Shown here piece by piece: positions 21,538 to 33,984 of a stretch of DNA of 36,249 bases (the first letter of the stretch is position 1; each line of letters opens with the position of its first letter). The DNA is from Octopus sinensis. Taxonomy: Eukaryota. The position numbers and the translations under genes are program-made. The DNA lies in NCBI RefSeq assembly GCF_006345805.1, contig NW_021824709.1:1-36249 (forward strand), read 5' to 3'. Below the pieces are notes generated by a model. The model did no database searches, had not been told where the DNA came from, and saw nothing but the letters and a program-made list of their open reading frames with translations.

Positions 21538-21572
21538 TCTCCACATTAACTGTTTCATTTTGGTTCAATAGT

Positions 21573-21795
21573 TTATTATTTCTTTACTACCCACAAGGGG
21601 CTAAACACAGAGGGGACAAACGGATTAAGTCAATTATATTGACCCCAGTGCGTAACTGGTACTTATTTAATCGACCCCGAAAGTATGAAAGGCAAAGTCG
21701 ACCTCGGCGGAATTTGAACTCAGAACGTAACCGCAGACGAAATACTACTAAGCTCTTCGCCCGGCGTGCTAACGATTCTACCAGCTCGCCGCCTT
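21573..21795 (-). mobile_element. SINE family C
   Basis: Reverse complement of the 6090-6310 family. Confidence 0.85.
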
Positions 21796-22527
21796 ATTAT
21801 TATTTTTTTTTTTTTTCTAGAAATAGGTTGCTCTGAAGTAGAGAGCAATGCTCATATGTGTTAGAAAGATCGATTGATCTCTTCCATCCTTGTCAAGGGG
21901 AGTGCTAACCGTCTCTCCTTTTTTTGTTCAATAGTTTATGATAGATAACACCCTTCATATTTCACCAAATACAGAGCAAAATTTTTTGCGAATAGAGTCT
22001 GGGAATAGAATCTCCCTTTTTCATTGGGTGCCAGCAACTGTCGTATTCGTTGGATATGATTATAAGCGACTCACATTCCCCTCACTAAAGGCTTGGTAGC
22101 AAGTCCGCTCTTCAATGACCAACAAAAGGAGACACTCTAAGTCGAGAAACAGTCAGATGACGAAGGACCTACAGGACAGGAATAGATATTATTAGTTGTT
22201 TATGAATGTGTTTTATATTTTGCTAATTCTTAAGCAGTTTGGTTTGAATTTTCCTCCACTACTGCTCTTAGAAGCTCGATATTAACGACACTTGATCATC
22301 GGAAAACAGCGAGTGAAAAATTTTCCAGGCGAAACCAGCCAATCCCTCATTAGCATATCCAGATACATTAATGTTTATTTCCGTAGAAGGAATATTCCTT
22401 ACAGTTTTCATTGTTGAAAAGCCCCTTTTTAATTTATACAACATGCAGCAGTGTCAGGTGTGGTTCTGATCTAAACTAACTTTAAAAGGTAGAATCCAAA
22501 CGCGAATTAGGTGTGTATATATATATA

Positions 22528-23040
22528 TCTATATATATAAAACTGGAGTTGTGTGAGTGTCTGTCCCCTTCGATTTAGATTCCTAACTCCTCCCACATTT
22601 TGCGGTGCAGTTTAACCAAATTCGGGTATCTTATAGTCGTGATTAATATCGAGCCCGTCTGGCTATTAGCGCGCGTCTACGATAAGTCTACGATTTTAAA
22701 AATAATTTAGCATCATTTTTTATTCCATTTTAATGCATAATTTTTCGTGTGACGATGGCGGCGGAGTTGGCGTCCATGGTCACACCTGCACCTGTTTGCT
22801 TCTCCCCCTTCTTCCCTCCCTCGTGAAGCTGTGGGGAAGGGAGTGTAAGGAAATCAACGTCGTAAAGCGTTGTCAAGGAGACCAGCGTTCTTTTAGAACA
22901 ACGACTTCATGGCTTGAAGACACCAAAACAGAAATGGCTCAGAAAGCCCGAATTGGCATCTATAAGGGAAGTAACTCTCTAAAAATGCTTATATAGTTAT
23001 TTCCCTTACAAACCCGAGCAACGCCGGGCAATACTGCTAG
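22528..23040 (+). mobile_element. Non-autonomous Helitron, copy 1
   Basis: A|TCTATATATATAAAA 5' end; hairpin CCCGAGCAACGCCGGG (23013-28) 8 nt before terminal CTAG (23037-40). Confidence 0.85.
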
Positions 23041-23523
23041 TATATATATAAAACTGTAGTTGTGTGAGTGTCTGTCCCCTTCGATTTAGATTCCTAACTA
23101 CTCCCACATTTTGCGGTGCAGTTTAACCAAATTCGGGTATCTTATAGTCGTGATTCATATCAAGCCCGTCTGAGTATTAGCGCATGTCTACGATGAGTCT
23201 ACGATTTTAAAAATAATTTAACATAATTTTTTATTCCATTTTAATGCATAATTTTTCGTGTGTCGATGGCTGCGGAGTTGGCGTCCATGGTCACACCTAC
23301 ACCTGTTTGCTTCTCCCCCTTCTTGCCTCCCTCGTGAAGCTGTGGGGAAGGGAGTGTAAGGAAATCAACGTTATTTTAGAACAACGACTTCATGGCTTGA
23401 AGACACCAAAACAGAAATGGCTAAGAAAGCCCGAACTGGCATCTATAAGGGAAGTAACTCTTTAAAAATGCTTATATAGTTATTTCCCTTACAAACCCGA
23501 GCAACGCCGGGCAATACTGCTAG
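23041..23523 (+). mobile_element. Non-autonomous Helitron, copy 2 (head-to-tail)
   Basis: Near-identical to copy 1, lacking the 5' TC and a 28-bp internal segment; ends CTAG|T. Confidence 0.85.
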
Positions 23524-23534
23524 TATATTATAAT

Positions 23535-23595
23535 TAGGGTTCAGCAAAGATTTGCTTTACCACATACCGAACTTTAGAAATAGCAGCCAAAGAAC
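23535..23595 (+). repeat. Single-arm copy of the 27414-27555 palindrome family
   Basis: TAGGGTTCAGCAAAGATTTGCTTTACCACATACCGAACTTTAGAAATAGCAGCCAAAGAACCTTAGCTATTT. Confidence 0.8.
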
Positions 23596-23631
23596 CTTAG
23601 CTATTTGTTCTACTATAAGAAGAGACTCCCG

Positions 23632-23897
<266 letters not shown>

Positions 23898-24207
23898 TCG
23901 TTTGTAGAAATACATAAATCCAGAGGAGATCACGCTCTAAGATGTAGAGCAGTCCATAGTCCATATTATAGTGGAGTAGGCCGGTTTATGGGGTTGGTTA
24001 CCCTACTATAATATATATATATATCATTAATTAAATATATTCTGTTAGAATATTATTCACTGACGAGTGGAAGTATTGTCTGTCAATGTGTATTAACAGT
24101 GGATTCCATTATAATGAGAGTCCTTTACGTGAAACGATCGTAACATGCATTGATTAACACATTTTTAAGGTGTCGTGTTTCATATATTTATTTTTCTTTC
24201 TTTCTTT

Positions 24208-24606
24208 TTTTACTTATTTCAGTCATTTGACTGCGGCCATGCTGGAGCACCGCCTTTAGTCGAGCAAATCGACCCCGGGACTTATTCTTTTGTAAGCCCA
24301 GTACTTATTCTATCGGTCTCTTTTTGCCGAACCGCTAGGTGACGGGGACATAAACACACCAGCATCGGTTGTCAAGCAATGCTAGGGGGACAAACACAGA
24401 CACACAAACATACACGCACACACATATATATATACATATATACGACGGGCTTCTTTCAGTTTCCGTCTACCAAATCCAGTCACAAGGCATTGGTCGGTCC
24501 GGGGCTATAGCAGAAGACACTTGCCCAAGGTGCCACGCAGTGGGACTGAACCCGGAACCATGTGGTTGGTTAGCAAGCTACTTACCACACAGCCACTCCT
24601 GCGCCT
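24208..24606 (-). mobile_element. SINE family A
   Basis: Near-identical to the reverse complement of 19233-19656. Confidence 0.92.
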
Positions 24607-24927
24607 ATATATATTTTTAATACAATACTATTTTAGTCATATATACTTCGTGAGGAATTGAATTTCATGGTATTATTTCAAGATACAGTGTGTGTGTATA
24701 TATATATATATTGTAGCAGCTTGTTTCACAATGTTCCTAACAAGAACCAGACTACTTCAGGCTTCTGGAATGTCGAAAGGAGAGATGTAGGAAGTCGGAG
24801 ATGGATATCGGAAGACAGGCTGCAATTGATTTAGGAGGGTCGCGTGCTGTTGTAGGGAATAAGTGCCCTTTTCTTTCGTTTCTCTACTCACTCGTATGTA
24901 CACACACACACACATAATGCGAGTACA

Positions 24928-24991
<64 letters not shown>

Positions 24992-25368
24992 TATTCGTCG
25001 GTGCATAGAATGCTATGGGATAGTCCTTCCGGATCTCTACACTCAGCTCAATCTTCAACAAATAACAATTTTGACTCTTTGCCTTTCCGAAGAAATCAGC
25101 GATAGGTCACTCCTGGACAGAGATGAGTTTGACCAGGTTTAAAACTGTTCAGTACACAACGAAGTTCACGATGTCACCTCTGCGTCACCACCAGAATTTA
25201 TGAGTCTAAGGCATATATGACCGAGATGGCCACGGATGGAATGTTTTGTACATGTATTTTCACGATCGAGATTCACTTGTGCCTAAATAACGACAGCAAC
25301 AGTAACAACAACAGCAGCAGTAGCAGCAACAGTGGAGGCGCACAACAACAGCATCAGCAGCAGCAACA

Positions 25369-25711
25369 GTGGAGCGCAATGGCCCAGTGGTTAGGGCAGC
25401 GGACTCGTGGTCGAAGGATAGCGGTTTCGATTCCCAGACCAGGCGTTGTGTGTGTTTATTGAGCGAAAACACCTAAAGCTCCACGAGGCTCCGACAGGGG
25501 TGGTGGCGACCCCTGTTGTACTCTTTCGCCCCAACTTTCTCTCACTCTTTCTTCCTGTTTCTTGTCCTCGACTTCCTATGCAAACGCTGAGCCTGGATGC
25601 GCATTCATCCATCCGTCGATGCTCTCGGTGTCGGGGGTTGACCTGCTTTCTCTTCTTACGAATAGCAAAGGACCACGTTTCGGACTTCGCTCAACAAACA
25701 AATAAACAAAC
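25369..25711 (+). mobile_element. SINE family B variant with a different 3' half
   Basis: B-type head GGCCCAGTGGTTAGGGCAGCGGACTCG...GGTTTCGATTCCC and B middle, then an unrelated tail ending (CAAA)n. Confidence 0.75.
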
Positions 25712-25820
25712 AAAAGCAGCAGCAGCAAAAGCACTAATTCCAATAATGTATTTAAGCAGACATTTTTCTCTGTAAAATATTTTGTTTATTTTTATAATTT
25801 ATTTCTTGTTTCTGAAATAA

Positions 25821-26493
25821 TGGCTTCATATTTTGACATACGGCCAGCAATTTCTGAAGAGGTGCTAAGTCGATTATATCGACCCTAGTGTTCAGCTGGC
25901 ATTTCTTTTGTCGAATCTGAAAAGATGAAAGGCAAAGTCGGCTTGAGCGGAATTTGAACTCAGAACGTGTGGACGGACGAAATGCGCCAAGCATTTTGCT
26001 CCAGATGCTAACGGTTCTGCCAGCTTGCAGTTTTATCTTATCTCTGAAATAATCCTTTCTATTATAGGCACAAGGCCTAAAATTTTGGAGAAGGGAGATA
26101 ATCGACTACATCGACCTCAGTGCGTAACTGGTACTTATTTTTATCGACCCCGAAAAGATGGAAGACAGAGTCGACCTCGGCAGAATTTGAACTCAGACGT
26201 AATGCTGCTGAGCGTTTTGCCTGGCATGCTACCGATTCTACCAACTCGCGCTTTATCTTGTTTCTGAGATATTGGTTTCAAATATTGGCACAGGACCAGC
26301 AATTTCGGGGGTGGAGGGGGAGGGGGCTAAAGTCAATTACATCGACCCCAGTATTGGATTGGCTTTTCTTTTATCGATCTCGAAAGGATGAAAGGCAAAG
26401 TGGACCTCGGCAGAATTTGGGAATGTGAAGACGGACGAAACGCCGCTAAGCGTTTTCATGGCGTACGAACGATTCTGCCAGCTCACCGCTTTA
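25821..26493 (-). mobile_element. Three consecutive same-orientation C/D-core SINEs (about 25821-26030, 26053-26255, 26272-26493)
   Basis: Each has the GATGAAAGGCAAAGTCG-like core and a GCTAAC(G)...GCCAGCT-like head on the plus strand; the middle copy has a different tail. Confidence 0.85.
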
Positions 26494-27413
26494 GCTTGGT
26501 TTCGAAATTATAAAACTTGCGTTTTAAAGTGTTAACAAATGTAATTTTTAGAATGAAAAAATAATACACAATTCTGAAATAAATATATCAATTTTAAAGA
26601 TGAAACATTAAAATAAAAGCCATAAATATACTTCTAATCAAGAAATCTAGCATATTTTTATGAAAGTTTATAAAAATACATTTGCGTAAATTTGAGTTGG
26701 AAACTGTTTATCGTAATGAATAATCTTTTAATTTGAGCTGACTTGAGCAGACACAACAACAACAATAACTACAACAACAAACAACAGAATCTTTTTCATC
26801 AAATTGTTTACGTTGCGTCTTTTCTTTTTCTTTCGAATTATTTTCCGAGTTTTCCAATCATTATTTGTATTGATTTGAATCGATATTTACTGGAAGATTC
26901 TGTAGTTTTTTAAGAGCAACGCTTCGATGAGCTTATAATAAACAATAACCAAAGACTAGCGAGCTTTGTTGAATTATAGTTAAATGATTCTAAATGAGAA
27001 CTAACGTATTAAAAAGTCTAATAGTTGATATGAATAAAATCTTAAACACCTGAACGGAAAACTGAAGACTATAAATTGTACATAATCTGACATGAAATAA
27101 ATTCTATGATTTTACCCAATATTTTGACACCCATAAACGACAATACTCTACAGAAGATTTCATTACTATTTTGATGTAACATAAATAATTCCGTAATTAA
27201 GTAATTATATCGACTTACTATAATTTCTGTCTGGCAACTTGCAGGAAAAGCAGTGCAACGGTGATAATTCTAACAACATCTATATTAATAGATGTATACA
27301 TACATACATATACGTATACATACACACACAGATATATGTATATATATGTGTATATATATGTATGTAAATATATATATGTATATATATGCATATATATATG
27401 TATATATATACAC

Positions 27414-27555
27414 ATACTTAATAAATAGGGTTCAGCAAATATTTGCTTTACCACATACCGAAATTTAGAAATAGCAGCCAAAAAACGTTAGCTGCTATTT
27501 CTAAATTTTGGTATGTGGTAAAGCAAATCTTTGCTGAACCCTATTTATTAAGTAT
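27414..27555. repeat. 142-bp near-perfect palindrome (65-bp arms, 12-nt centre)
   Basis: 27414-27478 vs reverse complement of 27491-27555 match at 63/65; centre CAAAAAACGTTA. Confidence 0.95.
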
Positions 27556-27650
27556 TGCTTATGTTTGCCATGAAATGGTCCTTTTTTCATGCCGAATTCT
27601 GCTTGGTGAAATTACTGATTAATTCTTAATTAATTAATTTTACCCTATGT

Positions 27651-27918
27651 TATTATATATATATATACATATATATGCGTATACATATATATACATATAT
27701 ATGTATACATATATATACATATATATGTATATATATATATACATATATATGTATATATATATATACATACATATATGCACACATATATATACATACATAT
27801 ATGCATACATATATATACATACATATATGCATACATATATATATATATACATACATATATATACATATATATACATATATGCATACATATATATATATAT
27901 ATATACATATATGCATAC

Positions 27919-27949
<31 letters not shown>

Positions 27950-27976
27950 TATTATATATATATAATATATATATAC

Positions 27977-28007
<31 letters not shown>

Positions 28008-28058
28008 TACATATACATATATATATGTATATATATATATATATATACATACATATCC

Positions 28059-28091
<33 letters not shown>

Positions 28092-28130
28092 CATACATAT
28101 ATTTACATACATATATACCTATATATGTAT
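27651..28130. repeat. (TA)/(TACA) microsatellite block
   Basis: Direct reading; source of the YI-rich ORFs. Confidence 0.95.
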
Positions 28131-28404
28131 TAATAAGAGTAAATAATAACTTTATGGTTTATAAAAAACCAACGATTACTTACTGGTAGATTTCGGCATG
28201 TAAATATAACCATTAACGGTAGGAACTTCTATAAAAGTTCAGTGTATATTTTCTATATAAATAAAAAAAAGGCAGGCAACAGGTTGCTTAGCCACATACC
28301 GAAAAAATTAGAAATAGTAGTCTATTTTCCACATACGACATATCCCTGTAATTCACATATGCAAAACAGAAGGAAGAAATAACGAAAACAAAGTCTAACG
28401 GTTA

Positions 28405-28471
28405 TTCACGAACGCGTTTCTGGATTAGGAATATAATAAAATATCAATCTCATGTCCTTCGTCAGCGTAAA
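28405..28471 (-). ncRNA. Minimal type-I hammerhead ribozyme-like motif
   Basis: Minus strand: TTTACG-CTGACGA-AGGA...TCCA-GAAA-CGCG-T-T-CGTGAA, with 6-bp stem I and palindromic CGCG stem III; one mismatch at the base of stem II. Confidence 0.65.
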
Positions 28472-28479
28472 CTTCCGCT

Positions 28480-28960
28480 AAAATAGATTTATCAAATGCT
28501 ACGTACCTCCACTTCTCGATCAGGCGACATCGAAATAGTGGAAGAAAGCAATCGTTCTTTTATCCGATACTATGGTGTCTGCGACACCGTATCGCACAAA
28601 AAGTTGTGAAGGAACCTTATTGTTACCTTCAAGGCTGGTTGATTGCATTTACGTATCTCCGGCCACTTGATATAGCAGTCTACTATGATCAGATAATACG
28701 CGCCGTTTACCGATCCAGCAAAACTTATATGTAGCCTGGACAACGGACCGTCTATCTTAGGCCACGATTGGAATTTTACCGATGGTGACTGTGCTGCGAG
28801 AGCACAGCCTCTGCAGGATTTCACCAATTTTTCAATATCGGGTCCACAGGTAAATCCTTATTACTGATTTCCTTCTGGAAATCCCTGGGTGTTCCATATG
28901 AAATTCACTTAATACCCGCTTTTGTAGTACGGCTGGCACTGCAACTTTTTGTGAGGGAAA
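28480..28960 (-). mobile_element. Ty3/Gypsy LTR-retrotransposon integrase relic
   Basis: LQKRVLSEFHMEHPGISR, VKSCRGC, WPK.D.PLSRLHISFAGSVNG.YYLIIVDCY.KWPE, DTIVSD: zinc-binding and catalytic core motifs. Confidence 0.85.
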
Positions 28961-29419
28961 AATGGTTCGCATTTGTGTTACGTATATTTTTATTTTCTTT
29001 TATCTTCAACGTTTTTCCATCTTTACAATGAATTTGTCATTCTCGGATTGTAACCAAACTAAAACAACTCTCAACGAACCATAACAATTTCCCAATTTCC
29101 TGCGACTCCAAAAACTCACGAACGACACCTTTCGACTTCCTACGATTTCTCATCTCTCACTCTCAGTCAAAAAAGCTGCTGCTTATACGAGTTCGGCTAG
29201 TCCATTCTCACAGGGGGTATCATGATTCTCGCCATAACAACCTCTCAGATGACAATTAAGTCCTGCTGCAGGTCTTGGTTTGAAGTATAGGGGACAGGTG
29301 AATGAAGTCACTATAAAGAGACATGTGTACGCCATTAGGTTATAGTAATAAATGATTGTACAACCCGAGTACCAGCCACTCTTTGAGTGATAAGTACCAT
29401 ATGATAGGCTGAAACAAAA

Positions 29420-29730
29420 TAACCATTAACGTCATGAAATCGCAGGTTTTACGTCGGTGTGACCCTCTCCTAAAAGGACGCTCTGACAACAGCTAGGAGT
29501 TCCTCACTCCCGGTGGATTTACTGCTCGCCTTGACAGCAAGCTGGAGTATTTCTGCGTCCACGCACATGGGTTGTCACCACATATGCTAGTTAACCTATA
29601 ACCGGGACCTTGACCGATGCTGCTACTCCGGATCAGAGTAGACCCGAGAACAATAGTGGCTTAGAGGTGGTTCCACATCTCAGAACTCTGGAACTTCTGA
29701 AAAACCATGGCTCCAATACTGGATACAGTT
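29420..29730 (-). mobile_element. Unclassified interspersed-repeat relic, possibly an RTE-type 5' region
   Basis: ACTCCGGATCAGAGTAGACCCGAG...CTCAGAACTCTGGAAC resembles an abundant cephalopod repeat from recall only. Confidence 0.3.
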
Positions 29731-30489
29731 TAAAATCTTCAGTGAATTAATTCATTAACATATTTAAGCAAGAGCAGCCGTTGACTCGTTTCGTTATTTT
29801 CCCTGAGATAAATTTTATAGTTTGTATACCTGAAAACATAGAGTCACAACTATATATCACCACCAATACTATACATACACAAATTCACGCGTGAGTGCAC
29901 ACACATAGATAGACAACAACACTGAGTGGAGGAGAGGGATTAACAGATAGATATTAACTTAATCCGACAGTGAGAAGAGAAAGATTCTTATGTAACCTAA
30001 CCTGCCCAACCATGGGTCCCAAATATGCTCATTTACAGACCAGATTTTCTCTACTCTCTGATCCATGATAGCTGATGAAGAAGGCAGTTGTCTTCGTCTG
30101 TGAAACTTTAAGAAATGTTCGGCTAAGTTGCGTTGCTATTAAATACTTTTAACTTCATGTCTGTTTCCGCGTTGATCCCATTTCTAAAACGTTGCTTTCT
30201 GTTTAAATCCTATATCTTGGCGTTTTGCTAAATTAGGAATCGGACCTTAAAAACAAGGGACCGATATGATAGACTACCAAATTTCAAGACGGAGCCCCTG
30301 TATGGCCGCACCAACGAATGAAAGTATACAAATGTATGTATATATATATAATACACACACACACATATATATTAGAAGAAATGAGGTACTCAGAAATTCG
30401 GATGGTTTTATATTTACAGATATTTATTTGTATATTACATGTTTTTATACATCATATAACTTAGATCATGTATTAGCGCTTTCTCCCAT

Positions 30490-30715
<226 letters not shown>

Positions 30716-31162
30716 ACATATACAGAAGAAAATTTCCAGAAATATTTCGCACCGAACAATAGAAAAGCCGCCATAATTTTCTGATGCTGAGAAATAATAC
30801 AACAAATTTATAGAAAATGTGGAGAATACGAAGAAAATGAGAAAGAGTAAGAAGAGAAGAAGCGCATGGAGTCGTGTAGGATGCTGAAATGCGGTCGTCT
30901 AGAAAGTGTTTTCTATGTTCTACAGAAGCTTCCATCTGATTTGTCATACTAAACGGCTAAAAATGAAGAAATATTCTATTGTTAGAGACTCAGCATCAAT
31001 ACTTTATTCCTGAAACACCGAAACGAAATGTAAGATTCATTTTAAAATATAGATTTAATGGCGTTACATTTCCGATATTACTTATCAGTAAGTACACATA
31101 CACACACATACATACAAGCACACATTTTATATATATACATATATACTTACACACACATATTA

Positions 31163-31207
<45 letters not shown>

Positions 31208-31869
31208 ACTACGCACTCTGTTATTCGCCTCTGCGTTTCCTGTTAGTGTGAAATGTGGTAGAGATAATTATATTAATTGTAGTTTTGTTATCTACGAATA
31301 CACTTTGGTGAAAAATCTTGTGACCATTATTCCATCGCCCTCACCACCGTCTACCCTACCATGCACTGTATGTGCTAGTAACTTGGTTTGATTAATTCGC
31401 CCGTGTTACCACCACAGGGTGTTTCTGTTTTCGGGGTGGGGACAGTTTGAAATATAAGTTAAGGTATGTCTCTTCTTCAATAAACACAGTTTTAATTTCG
31501 TACTAAACTATGGCTAAACACAAATTTTTGTCGTCAGTGGGCAGAAAAAAAGTATTATGATGATGATGATGATGATGATGGCAACGATGATGATGATGGC
31601 TATAAAGGTAAAAATAAATAATGTACGATGTGAAAATAAATTATAGATAACGGGAAGATAAAATTTGCAAGATATAAATCTATTATTAGGAGGATGGGAA
31701 AAATCACATTAAATGTAATGTATATTGTGGCAAAAAATGTTTAATAACAAAGTTCGACGGCGGGAAAAAAAATTGGGGGCAAAAATTACACCGTAAATTG
31801 CTAACACAAGCACCGATTTATTTGAAAGGAACTGGGATATTTCAAAAGGTCGATAAAATTTGGAGAATC

Positions 31870-32950
31870 TTAAAAGGGGCTATTCGTTTGGAATTGCTTG
31901 GCAGCGCAAAAGGTACCGAGATGTCTGTAGAATTTGAGGAGTTCCGGTTTTGCGATTCAATGCAGATTTGTATTGGAATAGTGTAAAGTACTTTTTACTC
32001 AGGCACAGCGGACACCTCAGAATTTCGGTAGGATCCATGCCTATTAGGGTTAGCATTTTTCACAATAGATCAATATACCTTAAATTAGAAGGAACCAGCT
32101 TCTTTTGATTGCCATACGTGCTTCTCTAGGCTCATTGCCGACTCGTTCTCAGAATATATGAAGGAATTTTTGTGCGAGTAATGTCGTTTTGAAACCGTTT
32201 TCTGTTGGCACCAGTATAAGTTTTGTATGTAGTGGTGTTGTTAAGTCTGTACCTTAGCTCTATATATAATGCCTTTAATTAGAAAATTACCATTTAAAGG
32301 ACAGCGTCTGTGGTCTTCGAATATTACATTTAGGTTCGTCAGCAGTTCCGTTAGGTTTATTGAGAATGGCCCGCTGATAAACAAAAGAGTCGAGCATTTA
32401 GCAGCAAGAAAAACTAACTTTTAACTATTTTCTATTGAAGATTCTTTGATATCTATGGTCACTTGAATAATGTCAAGATACAAAATTTTAAAATTCTCTA
32501 CCTACGTTAGTTATAATGCTTATGTTAACTGTTGGATTATACCACAAAACATTTCTAATTCTAGTTCTACGAAACTTTCTGGTGTTGCTTCCACTAGTAA
32601 TGTAGGGGATCTTCTCTGAGAAGCTATTATTGCCTAGAGCATCAATATAATATGGTGAGGCATTGTTAAAGACTGCCTCGTCCAATGACAATGAGGAAAT
32701 ATGCTTACCTACATTGCTAACCATATTTTTGAGAATACAGGAAGGCCGATTTGCCGTTTTATTGATTTAGAATAGCCTTTAATTAAGCTTGTGATATAAC
32801 TTAAAATGTTAGATCGCAAATCCAAGCTAAAGTCTAAACAATTAAGACTACTAAAATTCGTGTCAACTGTAATTTTTAAGCCCATCCATTGGAAGAATAT
32901 AATAAGATCGAATGCCTTTAACAGTAGCGGCCTTGTTATGGACGAGTACA
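31870..32950 (-). mobile_element. Penelope-like element fragment (Naiad-like RT C-terminus plus GIY-YIG), decayed
   Basis: GLKITVDTN..LNCLDFSLDL, SSLSLDEAVFNNASPYY.DAL, RNVLWYNP..TNVGREF, CPLNG..IIYRAKV..YTG, KHVWQSK, CPLCL, LNRKT.ELL..RH. Clade assignment from recall. Confidence 0.8.
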
Positions 32951-32954
32951 ATTA

Positions 32955-33965
32955 GCATCCAGCGTATAGCTAATTCCCTACACCAAAGCAACTATAGACT
33001 ACCCAACAAGGCACCAAAACAAGAAACTCCCAGTCCTTGACACAGAGCTGTGGCTAGAGACTATTAATAACAAGACTCAAATCCTCCACTCACACTATAT
33101 GAAACCCATGTCCTCGAATTAAGTGAGCCATAAGATTTCGGCTCTATCACACAATGTGAAGATTAATATATTAATAGCCGACTTAGTCAGAATAAGGAAA
33201 AACATACCCCCCCCCCGTGCAAACCCTGGGAGAAACAGAAACACACACAAGACTTCATGTATCGCATGCAATTTTCGGGATACAGCCAGAATGATAGAAT
33301 CCGAGTGTACAGGGAGGCTAACAAGAAATTTGAAGAGATTGTAAATAAGAATGCCGATGGAACACAACCTAAGTACCGTAGTAAGCGGTGGAATAAAATA
33401 CGGAAAATTTATGATAAAACAACATAAAGAATACGTGGTACAATGCCGACAAGTTCCAAGGGGTGATGCTTGTAGAAGCCATACCACACGGGGAACTAGC
33501 CCGCAGATTTAGAAAAATCCTGAAGTTTACCAAGCTGAACATAGAAGTCATGGAAAACCCAGGGAGATCCATCAGGTCAATAATATACAAAACATACCCC
33601 TTCAGAAAATCCACGAGTGTAGAGGAGAACTGTGTAGTGTGCAAATATAGTCCTGGTTTCAACGGTAAAACCAGAAATGTGATTTACCGAATAAACTGCG
33701 TGGATGGTGATTGTAAAAACCGGAAGACTGCATACATAGGTGAGACGGCGGGAAGTTTGGCCGAGCGTATAAATGCACATTGGAGGGAACACAGGGGTCA
33801 AAGACAAATCTCGATACTCTACCAGCATGCCAAGGAACAACATGGTGGTGTGCTGAACCGAATTAGCATAGAAATCCTGTCTAGACACCCGAACGACGCA
33901 TTGCTACGACATGTACGAGAGTCAGTCTACATAAACGAAATTCGACTGGTTTTGAATAGTAAATA
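32955..33965 (+). mobile_element. Penelope-like element fragment of a different clade (RT thumb plus GIY-YIG endonuclease)
   Basis: KLPVLDTELW, HYMKPMSS, YRMQFSGY, P.YRSK.W, NVIYRINC..C...YIGETAGSLAERINAH, LLRHVRESVYINE..LNSK. Confidence 0.85.
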
Positions 33966-33984
33966 TTCTCATTCGGCAGAGGCC

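Larger units (their letters stand above)
20203..22460 (-). mobile_element. Fragmented mariner element interrupted by a minisatellite and SINEs
   Basis: Minus strand, 5' to 3': NIELLRAVVEENSNQTA*ELA (about 22240-22300), QKILLCIW*NMKGVIYH (about 21950), HPSLVNHKGVLFLNDN, ILPPPPYFEDLVP, IECFFASK. TA plus TAAGGTTGG TIR at 20201-20211. Treating the pieces as one element is inference. Confidence 0.7.

Noticed and set aside
27640-28189. Multiple long YI/IY-rich ORFs (also HT/CV-rich ORFs at 11865-12170, 23557-24011, 33969-34406)
   Set aside because: Dinucleotide microsatellite artefacts.
30068-30115. CTGATGA-A-GAAGGCA/TGTCTTC...GAAAC
   Set aside because: Six extra nt before GAAA and no convincing stems I or III; counted only as a possible relic.
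31480-31540. Minus-strand CTGACGA...CGAAA downstream of the Naiad-like PLE
   Set aside because: No stem II pairing and no U at position 16.1.
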